From: a bacterium
Lineage (GTDB): Bacteria; Patescibacteriota; Patescibacteriia; JAHIZJ01
Reading direction: 5' to 3'
Length of the DNA stretch: 58,937 nt
NCBI GenBank assembly: GCA_030699685.1
Contig: JAUYLJ010000016.1
Span: 1 to 58,937 of the forward strand
Of the stretch, positions 21,402-31,205 are shown piece by piece. Positions within the stretch are counted from its first letter, which is position 1. Each line of letters opens with the position of its first letter. The position numbers and the translations under genes were made by a program. The notes beneath the pieces are model-generated. The model was not told the DNA's origin. It saw only the letters and a program-made list of their open reading frames with translations, and searched no databases.

Positions 21402-21617
21402 CTAACCTTGACCTTTGCCGTTGCAGCGCTGGATGCAGGCCTGGACGTCGCCGCCGCCCTCACGATAGCAGGCTTTGATACAGCCCCAGCTTGAGTCCTC
21501 ATACTCCATCGGCGCGGCTTCGGCGGATTGGGTCGAGCTTAGCAGGACCGCGTATCCGCCGATGGCGATGCCGACGACGAGGCAGGCGACGATGACGCCT
21601 TTGAGGATATTGCTCAT
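21402..21617 (-). CDS. Small secreted Cys-rich peptide (CX3C-X10-CX3C)
   Basis: Hydrophobic signal/anchor, AEA-A cleavage-like site, then CIKAC-YREGGGDVQA-CIQRC. Confidence 0.7.
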   Translation of the reverse strand: MSNILKGVIVACLVVGIAIGGYAVLLSSTQSAEAAPMEYEDSSWGCIKACYREGGGDVQACIQRCNGKGQG

Positions 21618-21744
21618 CGGGTTGTTCGTTAATTATTATATACAACCCTCAATAAAGGGTCCTTGGGACGACCACCAGTACAGACCATGTAGGTACAGTA
21701 CTCGTGGCGTCCAAGGACACTCGGGTTGAAGGTACGAGGCCGGC

Positions 21745-24531
21745 CTATTTGAGGTAGACCAGCTTCTGACTGACGGAGCTCGTGCTTGTCGTGAGACGCA
21801 CGAAGTACACGCCAGCGGCCAGAGAACGGTCGCGCCAGGAGACGCGGTAGTCACCGGGATCCTGGATCTCGTTGTCAACCAGTGTGGCGATTCTCCGGCC
21901 CTGGGGGTCGAAGACACCGAGATCGACACGGGACAGGCCCGGCAGCGTGTAGCTGATGGTTGTCCCACTGGTCGTAGCCGGATTTGGACCGAGCGACATC
22001 CGCAAGACCGCACGTGCCGCGGTTTCCGGGGCCGAGGAAGGATGAAGCATGTCGGGCAGCCAGACAGGCAGCCCGTAGGTCATCGCCCTCGAGAGGAAAT
22101 CGCGCATCGACGGTTGGGTGTGCCACAGGCGCCGAATGACGCGAAGGTAGATGTCGCCAACCAGCGACAAGTCTTCTGCCATCAGGCGCTCCTGAAAGTA
22201 CTCACGGGCGAATTCGAGGTAGAGCGCCTCTGGTCCGCCGCGGGAGTTTCCAAGAAGCAAGACGACTGAGGCTCCCTCGTCCGGATCAGCCACCGTCACC
22301 ATCTTGGCGAGGCCTGGGTAATAGCTGGGGTTGTTTCTATCCCCATCGCCCAGGCCGCATCCCACAAACTCGGCTACGATCCGCTTCTTCACGGGCAGGT
22401 AGCTCATGTCAAAGATAGGATCATACACCCGCTGGACGATGTAGCCGGGCCAAATGTTGCGGTTGGTGGTTCGGCCGGTACCGATCCACTCCTGGCGGTA
22501 GGCGTTGGCCACGAAGGCATCGAGCCGCTCACCGTATGAGTTGCAGTCGTCGAAGTCGCTGTCACGAATCGGCAGGTAGGAGATACCCGCGTCCTCGAAC
22601 CAGCCGCCGATCTCGTTGAAGGTCAGCCGCGGTTCGTCGGTAATGTTGCACAAGCTGCCGCGATCGCCGACCAGCGCCAGCACGCCCGGGTTGGGGATGT
22701 TGACGCCGTTGTAGTACTCCATCGCAGACTGGACCGCGTTCTCGACCTCGAAGAGCTGATAGGCAGCGACTCGATACGGCAGAACTTCCGGGCCGTCACC
22801 ATAGAAGTCGGTGATGGCCAGATCGCTGGCGCAGGATGACCAGTAGCAGTCGTCATACTCATTGTCGGGATGATAGGTCGTCCCGACCTTGTTCTTCTCT
22901 GGTTCGAGGCCCTCGTTGGCTTCACCAACGATGACGAGCAAGGGCCGCCGCCGCCAATCCGCGTTGACGCAAGATTCGAAGACCCCGCGCATGACATTGC
23001 GACATTCGTAGGGGTCTTCTGAGCCGAGGATCTTTTTGCACACCCAACCCTGATCTTCCCACCATTGGATGACGGGATCGCATGCGTCGAGGAAGTCGCC
23101 TCGCGAGGAGTAGAACACGATGTCGGCCGGCGAATAAGGTCCGCCGCCGCCTTGCGCGTTCGGATCCTGCATGACAGGCAAGGGTCTTGGGAGGGTATTG
23201 GTTGTTCGTAGAAGTTCTAGGTTGGCGGGTGGCACAGAACTCCGGTTGAAGGGTCGCGTTGAGTACTCTGTGTCGGGATCATCATCGGTCTCGACCACCT
23301 CGTACGCATCCGCTCCGACCGGGTCGACTACCTCGTAGTAGTGCGGCCAGTCGGGACCTCCTTCAGCGGGGACGACACCGACGACACGATCCCGGCTCTT
23401 GCCGGCGTAGACCGTGAAGTACTGCGACCCCAGCTCCGGGTCGGTGCTCCAGCAGACGTGGGTGCCGTTGACCTCCTCCCAGGCCCAGGCTCCTTCGAAG
23501 CCGCAAGCCGTATTTGGGTCGTCCGGCACGTCCGCGTAGACGGAAAACTCGTACTCTCCGCCGTTCGGCCCGATACCGTCGGCGTCGAAAGGCTTCCCGC
23601 CTCGTGAGAGCGCTTCGTCGGTCACCATGATCGTGACATCTCCTGGGTCGTAGGGGTGGATGATGAACTCTATCTCATCCCCACGAACGTCGATGTCACG
23701 AAGCACTGCCCGGCCGTTCGCCACGACCGGCGCCCGGTCAGTCAGGTCATCTAACATGTCACTATCGAAACGCACCCAGCCCGGCGTGTCTTCGTAGATG
23801 ACGCCGCCGTTTTGCGGCTCCACCTCGAGAAGTACCGGCGACAGAACCGTCTCGCCGTTCTTGAACTGCGCTAGGTTTGGAGCGAGAATGATGGCGTTAC
23901 CAACCTGCCGATTGTCAATACCGTTACGTCCATCAAGCGCTCCGAAGAGCGTCTCGAAGTCCGAGACGGTGCAGCAAGTGTCGACGCAGGCCACCAGACA
24001 TCTGGCGTCCTGGTACCCGCTCTCCAGCCAAAACTGGCTCCAGCAAGCACGGTAGACGACGAGTTCCTCATTCCCGCCGTCGAAAAGGTAGTTGACGGTT
24101 TCAGGGTTGACGGCGATACCGTAGCCACCCGCCGACTGGGACTTCCAGATCTGGTATTCGTTCCATCCGTTGTCGAGATGGAACTCATACGCGTTGTCCC
24201 GATCGGTTTCGTTTGTGTATGCCTCATAGGTTGAGGCATATTCGGAACCGTGGGTCTCGACGAAGAAGATGGCCCGATGGTACTGCCACTCCAAGTAGAA
24301 CTTGAACTTGGCCAGACCACAGTCCGGAATCGATCCGCTGCCGGAGTCATTGCTAAAGGGAACATAGGCGTAGCCATGGTTGCGAATCACCTCTGGCATG
24401 ACCGAGTATCCTGTGTTCAGGTGGAAGTTGTACGGCTTCAACACCGTAGCGCTGTCGTAGAAGGGATCCCTCGCCGCCCCCATGTTCATGAGGAGCAGGA
24501 GAGTGACAGCAAGAAGCGTGAGCTTGTTCAT
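21745..24531 (-). CDS. Large secreted protein with a divergent C25 (gingipain-like) domain and a C-terminal T9SS/FlgD-type domain
   Basis: Signal peptide; C25-like motif order; C-terminus PNP...TISYTLP...VFDPQGRRIATL...AAGVYFVRL...QKLV. Confidence 0.8.
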   Translation of the reverse strand: MNKLTLLAVTLLLLMNMGAARDPFYDSATVLKPYNFHLNTGYSVMPEVIRNHGYAYVPFSNDSGSGSIPDCGLAKFKFYLEWQYHRAIFFVETHGSEYASTYEAYTNETDRDNAYEFHLDNGWNEYQIWKSQSAGGYGIAVNPETVNYLFDGGNEELVVYRACWSQFWLESGYQDARCLVACVDTCCTVSDFETLFGALDGRNGIDNRQVGNAIILAPNLAQFKNGETVLSPVLLEVEPQNGGVIYEDTPGWVRFDSDMLDDLTDRAPVVANGRAVLRDIDVRGDEIEFIIHPYDPGDVTIMVTDEALSRGGKPFDADGIGPNGGEYEFSVYADVPDDPNTACGFEGAWAWEEVNGTHVCWSTDPELGSQYFTVYAGKSRDRVVGVVPAEGGPDWPHYYEVVDPVGADAYEVVETDDDPDTEYSTRPFNRSSVPPANLELLRTTNTLPRPLPVMQDPNAQGGGGPYSPADIVFYSSRGDFLDACDPVIQWWEDQGWVCKKILGSEDPYECRNVMRGVFESCVNADWRRRPLLVIVGEANEGLEPEKNKVGTTYHPDNEYDDCYWSSCASDLAITDFYGDGPEVLPYRVAAYQLFEVENAVQSAMEYYNGVNIPNPGVLALVGDRGSLCNITDEPRLTFNEIGGWFEDAGISYLPIRDSDFDDCNSYGERLDAFVANAYRQEWIGTGRTTNRNIWPGYIVQRVYDPIFDMSYLPVKKRIVAEFVGCGLGDGDRNNPSYYPGLAKMVTVADPDEGASVVLLLGNSRGGPEALYLEFAREYFQERLMAEDLSLVGDIYLRVIRRLWHTQPSMRDFLSRAMTYGLPVWLPDMLHPSSAPETAARAVLRMSLGPNPATTSGTTISYTLPGLSRVDLGVFDPQGRRIATLVDNEIQDPGDYRVSWRDRSLAAGVYFVRLTTSTSSVSQKLVYLK

Positions 24532-24534
24532 GCG

Positions 24535-25227
24535 TCATTCCCCCACATAGCTCAGAGGCTTGGGTTGAAGGAAGACTGGCTGTGCTTCAGCCGGAATCCT
24601 CAGGTCCTGCGGGGTCCCACCTTCCTGCGCCTGCTCGATGATTCCGAGTAAGCGTGGACGGTCTTTCTGGTCGTAGATACCAACCAGTCTACCGTCCTGG
24701 AAGATGAAGATGTCGCCGTTATCCAGCATGCGCTGATAGGATGCCGCAACCTCGTGAAAAGTTGCGGACTGGAACAGCACATTGGATGTGTAGAGCTCTT
24801 CGATGTTTCCGTCATGGTATCGAACCCAGATGGCGCTTCCGCGCTTGGACGGAACAGCTTCAGCTACCACATCCGCGTGTTCACGGAGCACTTGGGCTCC
24901 TGCCGCTGCGATCTCGGGATAGCTTCCGCCTCGTTGGGCGGCTCTCATCATCACCTCGAAGGCTTCCCTGTCCGCGCGGCCTTTCGCCGTGTCGGAGTAG
25001 GCCTTGGGCACGGACTTGACCATGACCTCAGCCACAAAACCATTGATGGCGATGACGCTGTCTCCGTCGACGAAGCGCACTGAGACCAGGTTCGAGTCGG
25101 GGGTCGGAGTGACGGGGTTGCCGTCAATGATCACTTGCGTCTGGTTCCAGACTTCGGGCAGCTTGGCCTGCGCGGCCATACTGCAAAGAAGTCCGGTCAC
25201 AACCAGAACCAGAGTCATGAGTTTCAT
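24535..25227 (-). CDS. Secreted hypothetical protein
   Basis: Signal peptide ending AQA; SD AGGAGG; stop codon 3 nt before the next gene. Confidence 0.75.
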   Translation of the reverse strand: MKLMTLVLVVTGLLCSMAAQAKLPEVWNQTQVIIDGNPVTPTPDSNLVSVRFVDGDSVIAINGFVAEVMVKSVPKAYSDTAKGRADREAFEVMMRAAQRGGSYPEIAAAGAQVLREHADVVAEAVPSKRGSAIWVRYHDGNIEELYTSNVLFQSATFHEVAASYQRMLDNGDIFIFQDGRLVGIYDQKDRPRLLGIIEQAQEGGTPQDLRIPAEAQPVFLQPKPLSYVGE

Positions 25228-25897
25228 AGAGAACCTCCTCGCGTTTCCGCGATTTTTGGTATTCAGTTGTCAAGGATCGTTCCTTGACGTGCTTCTGCCG
25301 GCCACGCTGGCCTGGTTGCATCAGATCCTCTGGTGCACGCTGGGCGTCTATCCATCATATAGATGGGCGACCAGCAGCCTCGGGGAAGAGATAGCACAAT
25401 GAACACCTGGGATGTGAGGCGGTGGTATGTTTGGATGAATTGTTGTGGCGGTTTCGCTACTGGCTCCCCGCTGCTCAGCTCCCGTTTTTTGGCGGAAATA
25501 AGCGACCAATTTGAGTCAGCGGATCATTACCTCACATCTCTTGCCAGCTTATACCCTTAAGGAAATTTTTGTCAAGAAGGAAGATGAGGGGTAACGGGAA
25601 ATTAAATAATCGTTTTTGTGAGCTTACCTGTGGAAAATTTAGGTAGTTTTTTGGACAATTCAAGCACGATCTTCCTCCCTGCTTACTTCATCCAAAGAAA
25701 TGGATATCGGTTTGAACCACGTTACTATTCATTCGGGATGTTCATCGAAGCTTTGGCGGATTATTCGCATTGGCTAAAGGAGTTAACATAACACCTAAAT
25801 TTATTACCGCTCCGTAAGCCTAGCTCTATGCGAATAAAAAAACCCGGAGGGCTTGATAACCCACCGGGTATGTTTGAGTTTTGGTCCTGACCTGGTA

Positions 25898-26656
25898 TTA
25901 GGAACCAGTAGTCAGTCCCGGAGAGAGCGGCTTCCCGTATCTGGCCAGCTCTACCCAATGCTCTTTCGGGCGAATACGCTTCGACCCTGCTTGGCAGAGT
26001 GGGCAAACATCTGGACCGCTCCAGGTTTGGATGTCGTAGTGTGCGTAAGCTGTCACCGGTCTGTCTTCGAACACCGTCACATCCGACCGGTGAATGAGCA
26101 CTCCAACAACCGGTGCGAACCGGACTGGATGAGGATTGCCATCCCGGATTCCCTGACGGACTGCCTTCAGGGTGCTTGCAGTCGTCATGAGCTCTTCGAC
26201 CTGAAGGACAACCTCGTCGGGAGCAATGGTCAGCCGCTTCCACTGCTGGGTTTTTTCAGGACCCTTTACCGTGAAATCATGCTGAGCATTAGCTCCGATA
26301 GCCACGCTGTGAGAAAGATCGGCTCCAGCGTGGTCAGAGCCGATTACCCAATCAATCGCCCCGTTGTAGCGCTCCCGGATCTTTTCCAGGAGCTTGACGC
26401 CGAAGAGCTGGCAAAGGTTGGTGTATCTCAGAACGCGCAAAGTATCGATAAAGCCGTCACTGCAACCTCCGGCAGTGAGCTCGGCATGCGGATGTTCCGG
26501 ATTGCCGGAATGAAACCACATCGCTTCGCACAGGCCGAAGATATGGCCGATCTCAGCTTCTGAAAGATGGCGTCCGGCAAAGTGTTCGGATTCGAGCTGT
26601 CGGAGCTCGCCCACACTTGTCATTGCGAAGACGTCTTCGGAATTGAGAACTCCCAT
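25898..26656 (-). CDS. pyrE: Orotate phosphoribosyltransferase-like type I PRTase
   Basis: HAELTAG..SDGF, PRPP-loop variant VLQVEELMTTAST, C-terminal CPLC; directly downstream of pyrF. Confidence 0.75.
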   Translation of the reverse strand: MGVLNSEDVFAMTSVGELRQLESEHFAGRHLSEAEIGHIFGLCEAMWFHSGNPEHPHAELTAGGCSDGFIDTLRVLRYTNLCQLFGVKLLEKIRERYNGAIDWVIGSDHAGADLSHSVAIGANAQHDFTVKGPEKTQQWKRLTIAPDEVVLQVEELMTTASTLKAVRQGIRDGNPHPVRFAPVVGVLIHRSDVTVFEDRPVTAYAHYDIQTWSGPDVCPLCQAGSKRIRPKEHWVELARYGKPLSPGLTTGS

Positions 26657-26667
26657 TGCGTGTCATC

Positions 26668-27573
26668 CTATCCCTGCGACCCGACGCCCGGAGTAAGTAT
26701 CCGGTAACGGTTGATCTGGTTGTTGAGTTCTTCGGCCTTCAAGCCGGCGGCCTCGGCGAAGTCCTCTCCGTCAGAGGCGAAGATGATTCCGCGAGACGAG
26801 TTGATGATCATCCCGGTTCCATCCTCAGTTTGTCCGGCTTCTACCGCTAGCTGGACTGGGTCACCCTGAACTTCACCGTGATCCGCCTGTTGCTTCCCGA
26901 GGCCGGGATTGAGCAGGTAGACACGGTTTCCGATCGCCTCGCGCATCTGACGCAGCTCGCCGGGATAGGTGGCGCCCATGACGAGGCCGATGTTGCTGTT
27001 GGCGTTCCACTTGGCGGCGATCCGTCTGCCTGACCAGAGCCAATAAGGCTCAGTCAGAGGTTCACCATCCCTCACCCCGGTTAACACCGGCGCGTCTTGC
27101 ATCTCCTGGGCGCCGGGATTGCTGGTCCGGCAGACGAAGATGGCGCCGCGATCCGGACGCTCGAAGAAGGGCGCCATAGACTGGCTGCCCGGGTAGGATC
27201 CCAGCGTGACCGCGTCGGCGCCATAGACGTCGAAGCAGGTGCGGGCGTAGGCCTGGGCCGTGTTCAGGACGTCGAATCTCTTCGCGTCCAGGATAACGAC
27301 GTGATGATGATGCGTTCGGCGGAGTTCCTGGATGGCTTCGATCATCGCGCCCAGCATCCGCGCTTCTTCGTAGAAGGCAATCTGGAACTTGAAGAAGGCG
27401 CAGTGCGGCGCGCACTTCTCGGCGACAGCCAGAACGAACTCAACGATCGCGTCGTGCTGCGGCCGCTTTCGCAGATGGGCGGGTAGCTGACTGACGTCCA
27501 CGTCCATCCCGACGCAGACGAGGCTGTTGGTAAACTTCCAGGCCCGTTCAAGCCGTTCTCTGAAGGTGTCCAT
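26668..27573 (-). CDS. pyrF: Orotidine-5'-phosphate decarboxylase
   Basis: LVCVGMD, FKFQIAFYE, LDAKRFDV, CRTSNPG, VMGAT and INSSRGI motifs; ATG 27573 with SD GGAGG. Confidence 0.92.
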   Translation of the reverse strand: MDTFRERLERAWKFTNSLVCVGMDVDVSQLPAHLRKRPQHDAIVEFVLAVAEKCAPHCAFFKFQIAFYEEARMLGAMIEAIQELRRTHHHHVVILDAKRFDVLNTAQAYARTCFDVYGADAVTLGSYPGSQSMAPFFERPDRGAIFVCRTSNPGAQEMQDAPVLTGVRDGEPLTEPYWLWSGRRIAAKWNANSNIGLVMGATYPGELRQMREAIGNRVYLLNPGLGKQQADHGEVQGDPVQLAVEAGQTEDGTGMIINSSRGIIFASDGEDFAEAAGLKAEELNNQINRYRILTPGVGSQG

Positions 27574-27944
27574 GAGAAATCTTCCTCCCCGGTGGGTTGT
27601 TACCAGACTATGAAGGTGGTTCCGTACAGGTGGAGGACGAATCCTCCCCCCGGAGTCGGACAGCTGTCCGCGGGATAGCGGGATTCTGCACCCATTTCTC
27701 GGACGCTGAGCAAGCGTCCTTCGTCGCTCAGGCCGCAAGTAGCGGCTCCAGGTTCAGTCTTGTGACTGCTTGGAACCACCGCAGCCAAAAACGCGAAGCC
27801 GCGCAGTAGCATCGGTAGTATTCTCATCGTGCCCTCATGTGACGTGGTATTTTGTTGTCAGGGAGCAGTGCTCCCCTCCGTGAGCGCCACTATCGTATCA
27901 CGCGTCAATACGCCGGTCAAACAAAATAAAAAGTGAATGGATAA

Positions 27945-28090
27945 TTAACAACGGGTAACTTGTAACTGGGACTGGGAAATGAGGATTAGTAATAGTGATG
28001 AATAACCAGTAATCAGATATGGGTACAGTTGAGAGTTACGGGTGACGAGTGACTGGTTAATTAGTTGATTGGATAATTAGTTAATTAGAA
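27945..28090. repeat. Degenerate 7-mer/8-mer tandem repeat tract
   Basis: For example GTGACTGG TTAATTAG TTGATTGG ATAATTAG TTAATTAG (28049-28088). Confidence 0.6.
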
Positions 28091-28263
28091 ATACTACACC
28101 GCTTTGCATAATTTCACACTACGGTGATCTGCCGTAGGCACGACATAATGTATCATTCACTCTAAAAAACAAGTCGGTTGAAGGAAAGAATCCGACTGCG
28201 GGGCTTATTGAGGATTAGTGGTAAAGCTGAAGCTTTATAATCCTCCCGGGCGCGCGGGGTTGC

Positions 28264-28755
28264 CTAGAGCGTTTTCCAGAGGAAAAGGCCGATGATCATG
28301 ATGCCGACCGCTACTTTCACGATTGTGCCGCCGACAAAACCGACCAGGTGGTAGTTTTCCGTCTCAATCTTGTAGATAGCATCGCGGCCGGAAACGAGCT
28401 CACCAATGACCGCGCCGACAATCGGGAGAATCACCAGTACGGCGGGAGTATTAAAACCCGCTCCGATAATTCCTCCGGCCAGCGCTCCTGCCACGCCCCA
28501 GAAGCTGATTTCAAGCTTCCGAGTACCGCGGAGACTGGCGATGAGATCAAGTAAAAACACCAGGATGATCAAGAGTGTGGTCAGGATAAGGAAATTCGCG
28601 TCAATCTTCTCGAACTCGGTGGTAATCCCGTAAATGACCACCACACTCCAGAGTAGGGGTAAGCCAGGGAGGGACGGAAAAATAGTTCCTAAAAACCCGA
28701 TCACCATCAGCAAAGCGGTGACAACGACGAGAAGGGAATTGACTGTTTCAAACAT
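28264..28755 (-). CDS. DUF456 family membrane protein
   Basis: GTIFPSLPGLPLLW, GALAGGIIG and PIVGAVIGEL motifs; ATG 28755. Confidence 0.8.
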   Translation of the reverse strand: MFETVNSLLVVVTALLMVIGFLGTIFPSLPGLPLLWSVVVIYGITTEFEKIDANFLILTTLLIILVFLLDLIASLRGTRKLEISFWGVAGALAGGIIGAGFNTPAVLVILPIVGAVIGELVSGRDAIYKIETENYHLVGFVGGTIVKVAVGIMIIGLFLWKTL

Positions 28756-28765
28756 GATTTTATGA

Positions 28766-29458
28766 TTACCAATCCTTGGCTTGGATCGCGGCTCGGGCGG
28801 CGTTTTCTTCCGCCTCGTGTTTGGAGGCACCGCGACCGCGGGCGATTTCGGTGTTATCGAGGTAGACGCCGATGACGAATTCTTTGGCGTGATCCGGGCC
28901 CGATTCTTCCATCACCTGGTAGCGCGGAGTGATGGATTCGATTTCCTGAGCTTTTTCCTGGAAGCGGCTTTTCGGGTCGAGATACAGCTTGTGTTCGAGG
29001 ATTTCTTCCAGCTTGGGCAGGAGTGTTCGGTGGATGAAATCCTTGGCTTGGTCGTAATCCTGATCCATATAGATCGCGCCGATCACCGCTTCATAAGCGT
29101 TGGCAATGATGTACCGCCGGGCTTTTTCGTTCGTGTCCCGGGCTTCACCGCGGCTCAGGTGAAGTGAATCATAGAGGTTGAGGGCTTCGGCAGCGTCGGC
29201 CAAGGTCTGGCTTTTGACGAGCGAGGCTCTCCAGTTGGTCAGCTCGCCCTCAGGTTTGTCAGGAAAAGCGTCAAAGAGGTGACGGGTCACGACCAGTTCG
29301 AGCACGGCGTCACCCAGGAACTCCAGACGTTCATTGTGGCCCAGGGCGAAACCCGGATGCTCGTTTAAGTATGACCGGTGAACCAACGCTTGGGTTAAGA
29401 GGTCTTGGTCGCGAAACTTCACGCCAATATTTTTTTCTACTTCGGAATGATCTTTCAT
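28766..29458 (-). CDS. rnc: Ribonuclease III
   Basis: NERLEFLGDAVL signature and dsRBD DPKSRFQE...GPDHAKEF; ATG 29458. Confidence 0.97.
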   Translation of the reverse strand: MKDHSEVEKNIGVKFRDQDLLTQALVHRSYLNEHPGFALGHNERLEFLGDAVLELVVTRHLFDAFPDKPEGELTNWRASLVKSQTLADAAEALNLYDSLHLSRGEARDTNEKARRYIIANAYEAVIGAIYMDQDYDQAKDFIHRTLLPKLEEILEHKLYLDPKSRFQEKAQEIESITPRYQVMEESGPDHAKEFVIGVYLDNTEIARGRGASKHEAEENAARAAIQAKDW

Positions 29459-29532
29459 GGTGGCTCCTGGCCGCCCCAGCAAAGGGAACCGGGAATCAAG
29501 TGATGCCGCGCTTCCTGCGCCGATGCGTTTAT

Positions 29533-29982
29533 TTATTGTTTAGGTTGAGATGGTTCACTGATTGTCTGCTCCATGTCTTTATAGATGGCCCCGAGCACGC
29601 CGTTGACAAACTTTCCGGATGACTCGCCGCCAAAGGACTTGGCGAGCTCAATCGCTTCGTTGATCGCCACTTTCGGGGGAATGTCATCGTCAAAGCGCAG
29701 TTCAAAAACTCCGATCCGGAGTATATTCCGATCGACGACGGTAATCTGCGCCAGCGGCCATTCGGGAGCGTATTTCGTGATAAGCTCATCGATCTTCGGC
29801 TGATGCTGCAGCACCCCTTCGACGATATGAAGAGTGAATTTCGGATCGTCAAACCCGGGGGCGAATTTGTCTATATTCTTCTTGGCGGTGTCAGTGATGC
29901 GTCCAGTCGTTTTTTGACCATTGAAATCCCACTCATAGAGGGTTTGCATGGCGACGGTGCGTCCGAGATGACGATTGGACAT
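29533..29982 (-). CDS. nusB: Transcription antitermination factor NusB
   Basis: [21 protein letters not shown] and FVNGVLG motifs. Confidence 0.97.
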   Translation of the reverse strand: MSNRHLGRTVAMQTLYEWDFNGQKTTGRITDTAKKNIDKFAPGFDDPKFTLHIVEGVLQHQPKIDELITKYAPEWPLAQITVVDRNILRIGVFELRFDDDIPPKVAINEAIELAKSFGGESSGKFVNGVLGAIYKDMEQTISEPSQPKQ

Positions 29983-29993
29983 GGAAACTTCGC

Positions 29994-30269
29994 TTAGGTG
30001 ACGATGTTTTTTTCGGAAGCCTCTTCCGCGGCTTTTTGTTCCTGTTTGGCCCGTTCTTTTCTCTCTTGTTTGGCTTTCTCCTTGTTGCGAGAGAAAGTGA
30101 TATCAATCACTTCGCGGCCGCGATAGGTGCCGCAAAACCCGCAGGCTCTGTGAGGCAAAACCGGCTTCTTGCATTTTGGACACGTCAACAGGGCTCTGGG
30201 CTGGCTGTGAATATGGGAGCGCCGGTTGCCGCGTCGTGATTTCGTTCCTTTTTTTGTTGGGAGAGCCAT
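29994..30269 (-). CDS. rpmF: 50S ribosomal protein L32
   Basis: MALP..K..KSRR..RRSH, CPKC and [14 protein letters not shown] motifs. Confidence 0.96.
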   Translation of the reverse strand: MALPTKKGTKSRRGNRRSHIHSQPRALLTCPKCKKPVLPHRACGFCGTYRGREVIDITFSRNKEKAKQERKERAKQEQKAAEEASEKNIVT

Positions 30270-30460
30270 ACGATGGTATAAGTATACTTAATATTTCATT
30301 ATTCCGCAAGCTTTCGCGGTGGATTTCGGTGGAAATTCAAAACATTCTTACCATAGGATTGAGGCTTTGGCAAGAGAAAAAAGCGGAAAAACGATGCGGT
30401 TCCCCGGATATCGATTGTCTGGAGTTTTGGGTTTTCCAAGAGACGCCATTTTACTCAGGC

Positions 30461-31204
30461 TTAGCATCTGTTATGAAGCTTCCATTGTTCCTCATGTCCG
30501 ATATTTTTTGCCCAATCAGGCACGATACAATTTTCATCAACAACTGACGATTGGTTATCATTAATCATTTGCGCGTTCGCGGCTGTCCGTGTTTGTTTGG
30601 CAAAAATGCCGGAGACGCCGAGGCTTACCACCAACACTATAAACATCGCGGCTATGCTCGCGTGAAGGAGAGATACATTTTGTATTTTTTCCGGTTTAAA
30701 CTCTTCACACGTGCCGCCGGGGCATATTTGCGCTTTGTCTTTTTTGAAGAAATTATAGAGAGAGCAACCGATGCAGATCCCAAGCGCTGATTCAAAGAAC
30801 AGGAGCGTTAGGCAAATCAGGCATAGTAAAAGATTGACCGGTCCAACGATGTTATTTACCACCAACACGATGAACATCGTTGCCGCCAGCCCCAATCCCA
30901 GACCCCACGCAAAACGTTTTTGCGCTACGCCCGTGTACTCCACGTTTTGCCTGCGCACAAGCAAGCGGCCGATGATCAATGTCGGCGCGTACCGGGGATT
31001 GACGACCACCCTGATCACGAAGTCTATCAGAAACGAGGTGATAAAAATTTTCATTAATATAAAATCACCCGTATACCCGGCGCTCATAAACGAGGCGAAC
31101 GCGGCGAGAAGCAATATCCCCGCGGCGGTGCGAACTTCACGTTCATTCAGGACGGGTACCACATAACCTTCAATTTGTTCGCCAAAGTGTATTATCTTGC
31201 TCAT
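30461..31204 (-). CDS. DUF4395 family membrane protein
   Basis: NEREVR.AAG, QKRFAW and ESALGICIGC motifs. Confidence 0.8.
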   Translation of the reverse strand: MSKIIHFGEQIEGYVVPVLNEREVRTAAGILLLAAFASFMSAGYTGDFILMKIFITSFLIDFVIRVVVNPRYAPTLIIGRLLVRRQNVEYTGVAQKRFAWGLGLGLAATMFIVLVVNNIVGPVNLLLCLICLTLLFFESALGICIGCSLYNFFKKDKAQICPGGTCEEFKPEKIQNVSLLHASIAAMFIVLVVSLGVSGIFAKQTRTAANAQMINDNQSSVVDENCIVPDWAKNIGHEEQWKLHNRC

Positions 31205-31205
31205 T

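Noticed and set aside
25618-25791. 57-codon + strand ORF between pyrE and the secreted-protein operon
   Set aside because: No SD or recognisable motif, so it cannot be supported as a gene
25853-26563. 236-aa + strand ORF and similar long antisense ORFs over smc, gyrA and the glycan genes
   Set aside because: They overlap well-supported genes on the opposite strand and have no motifs
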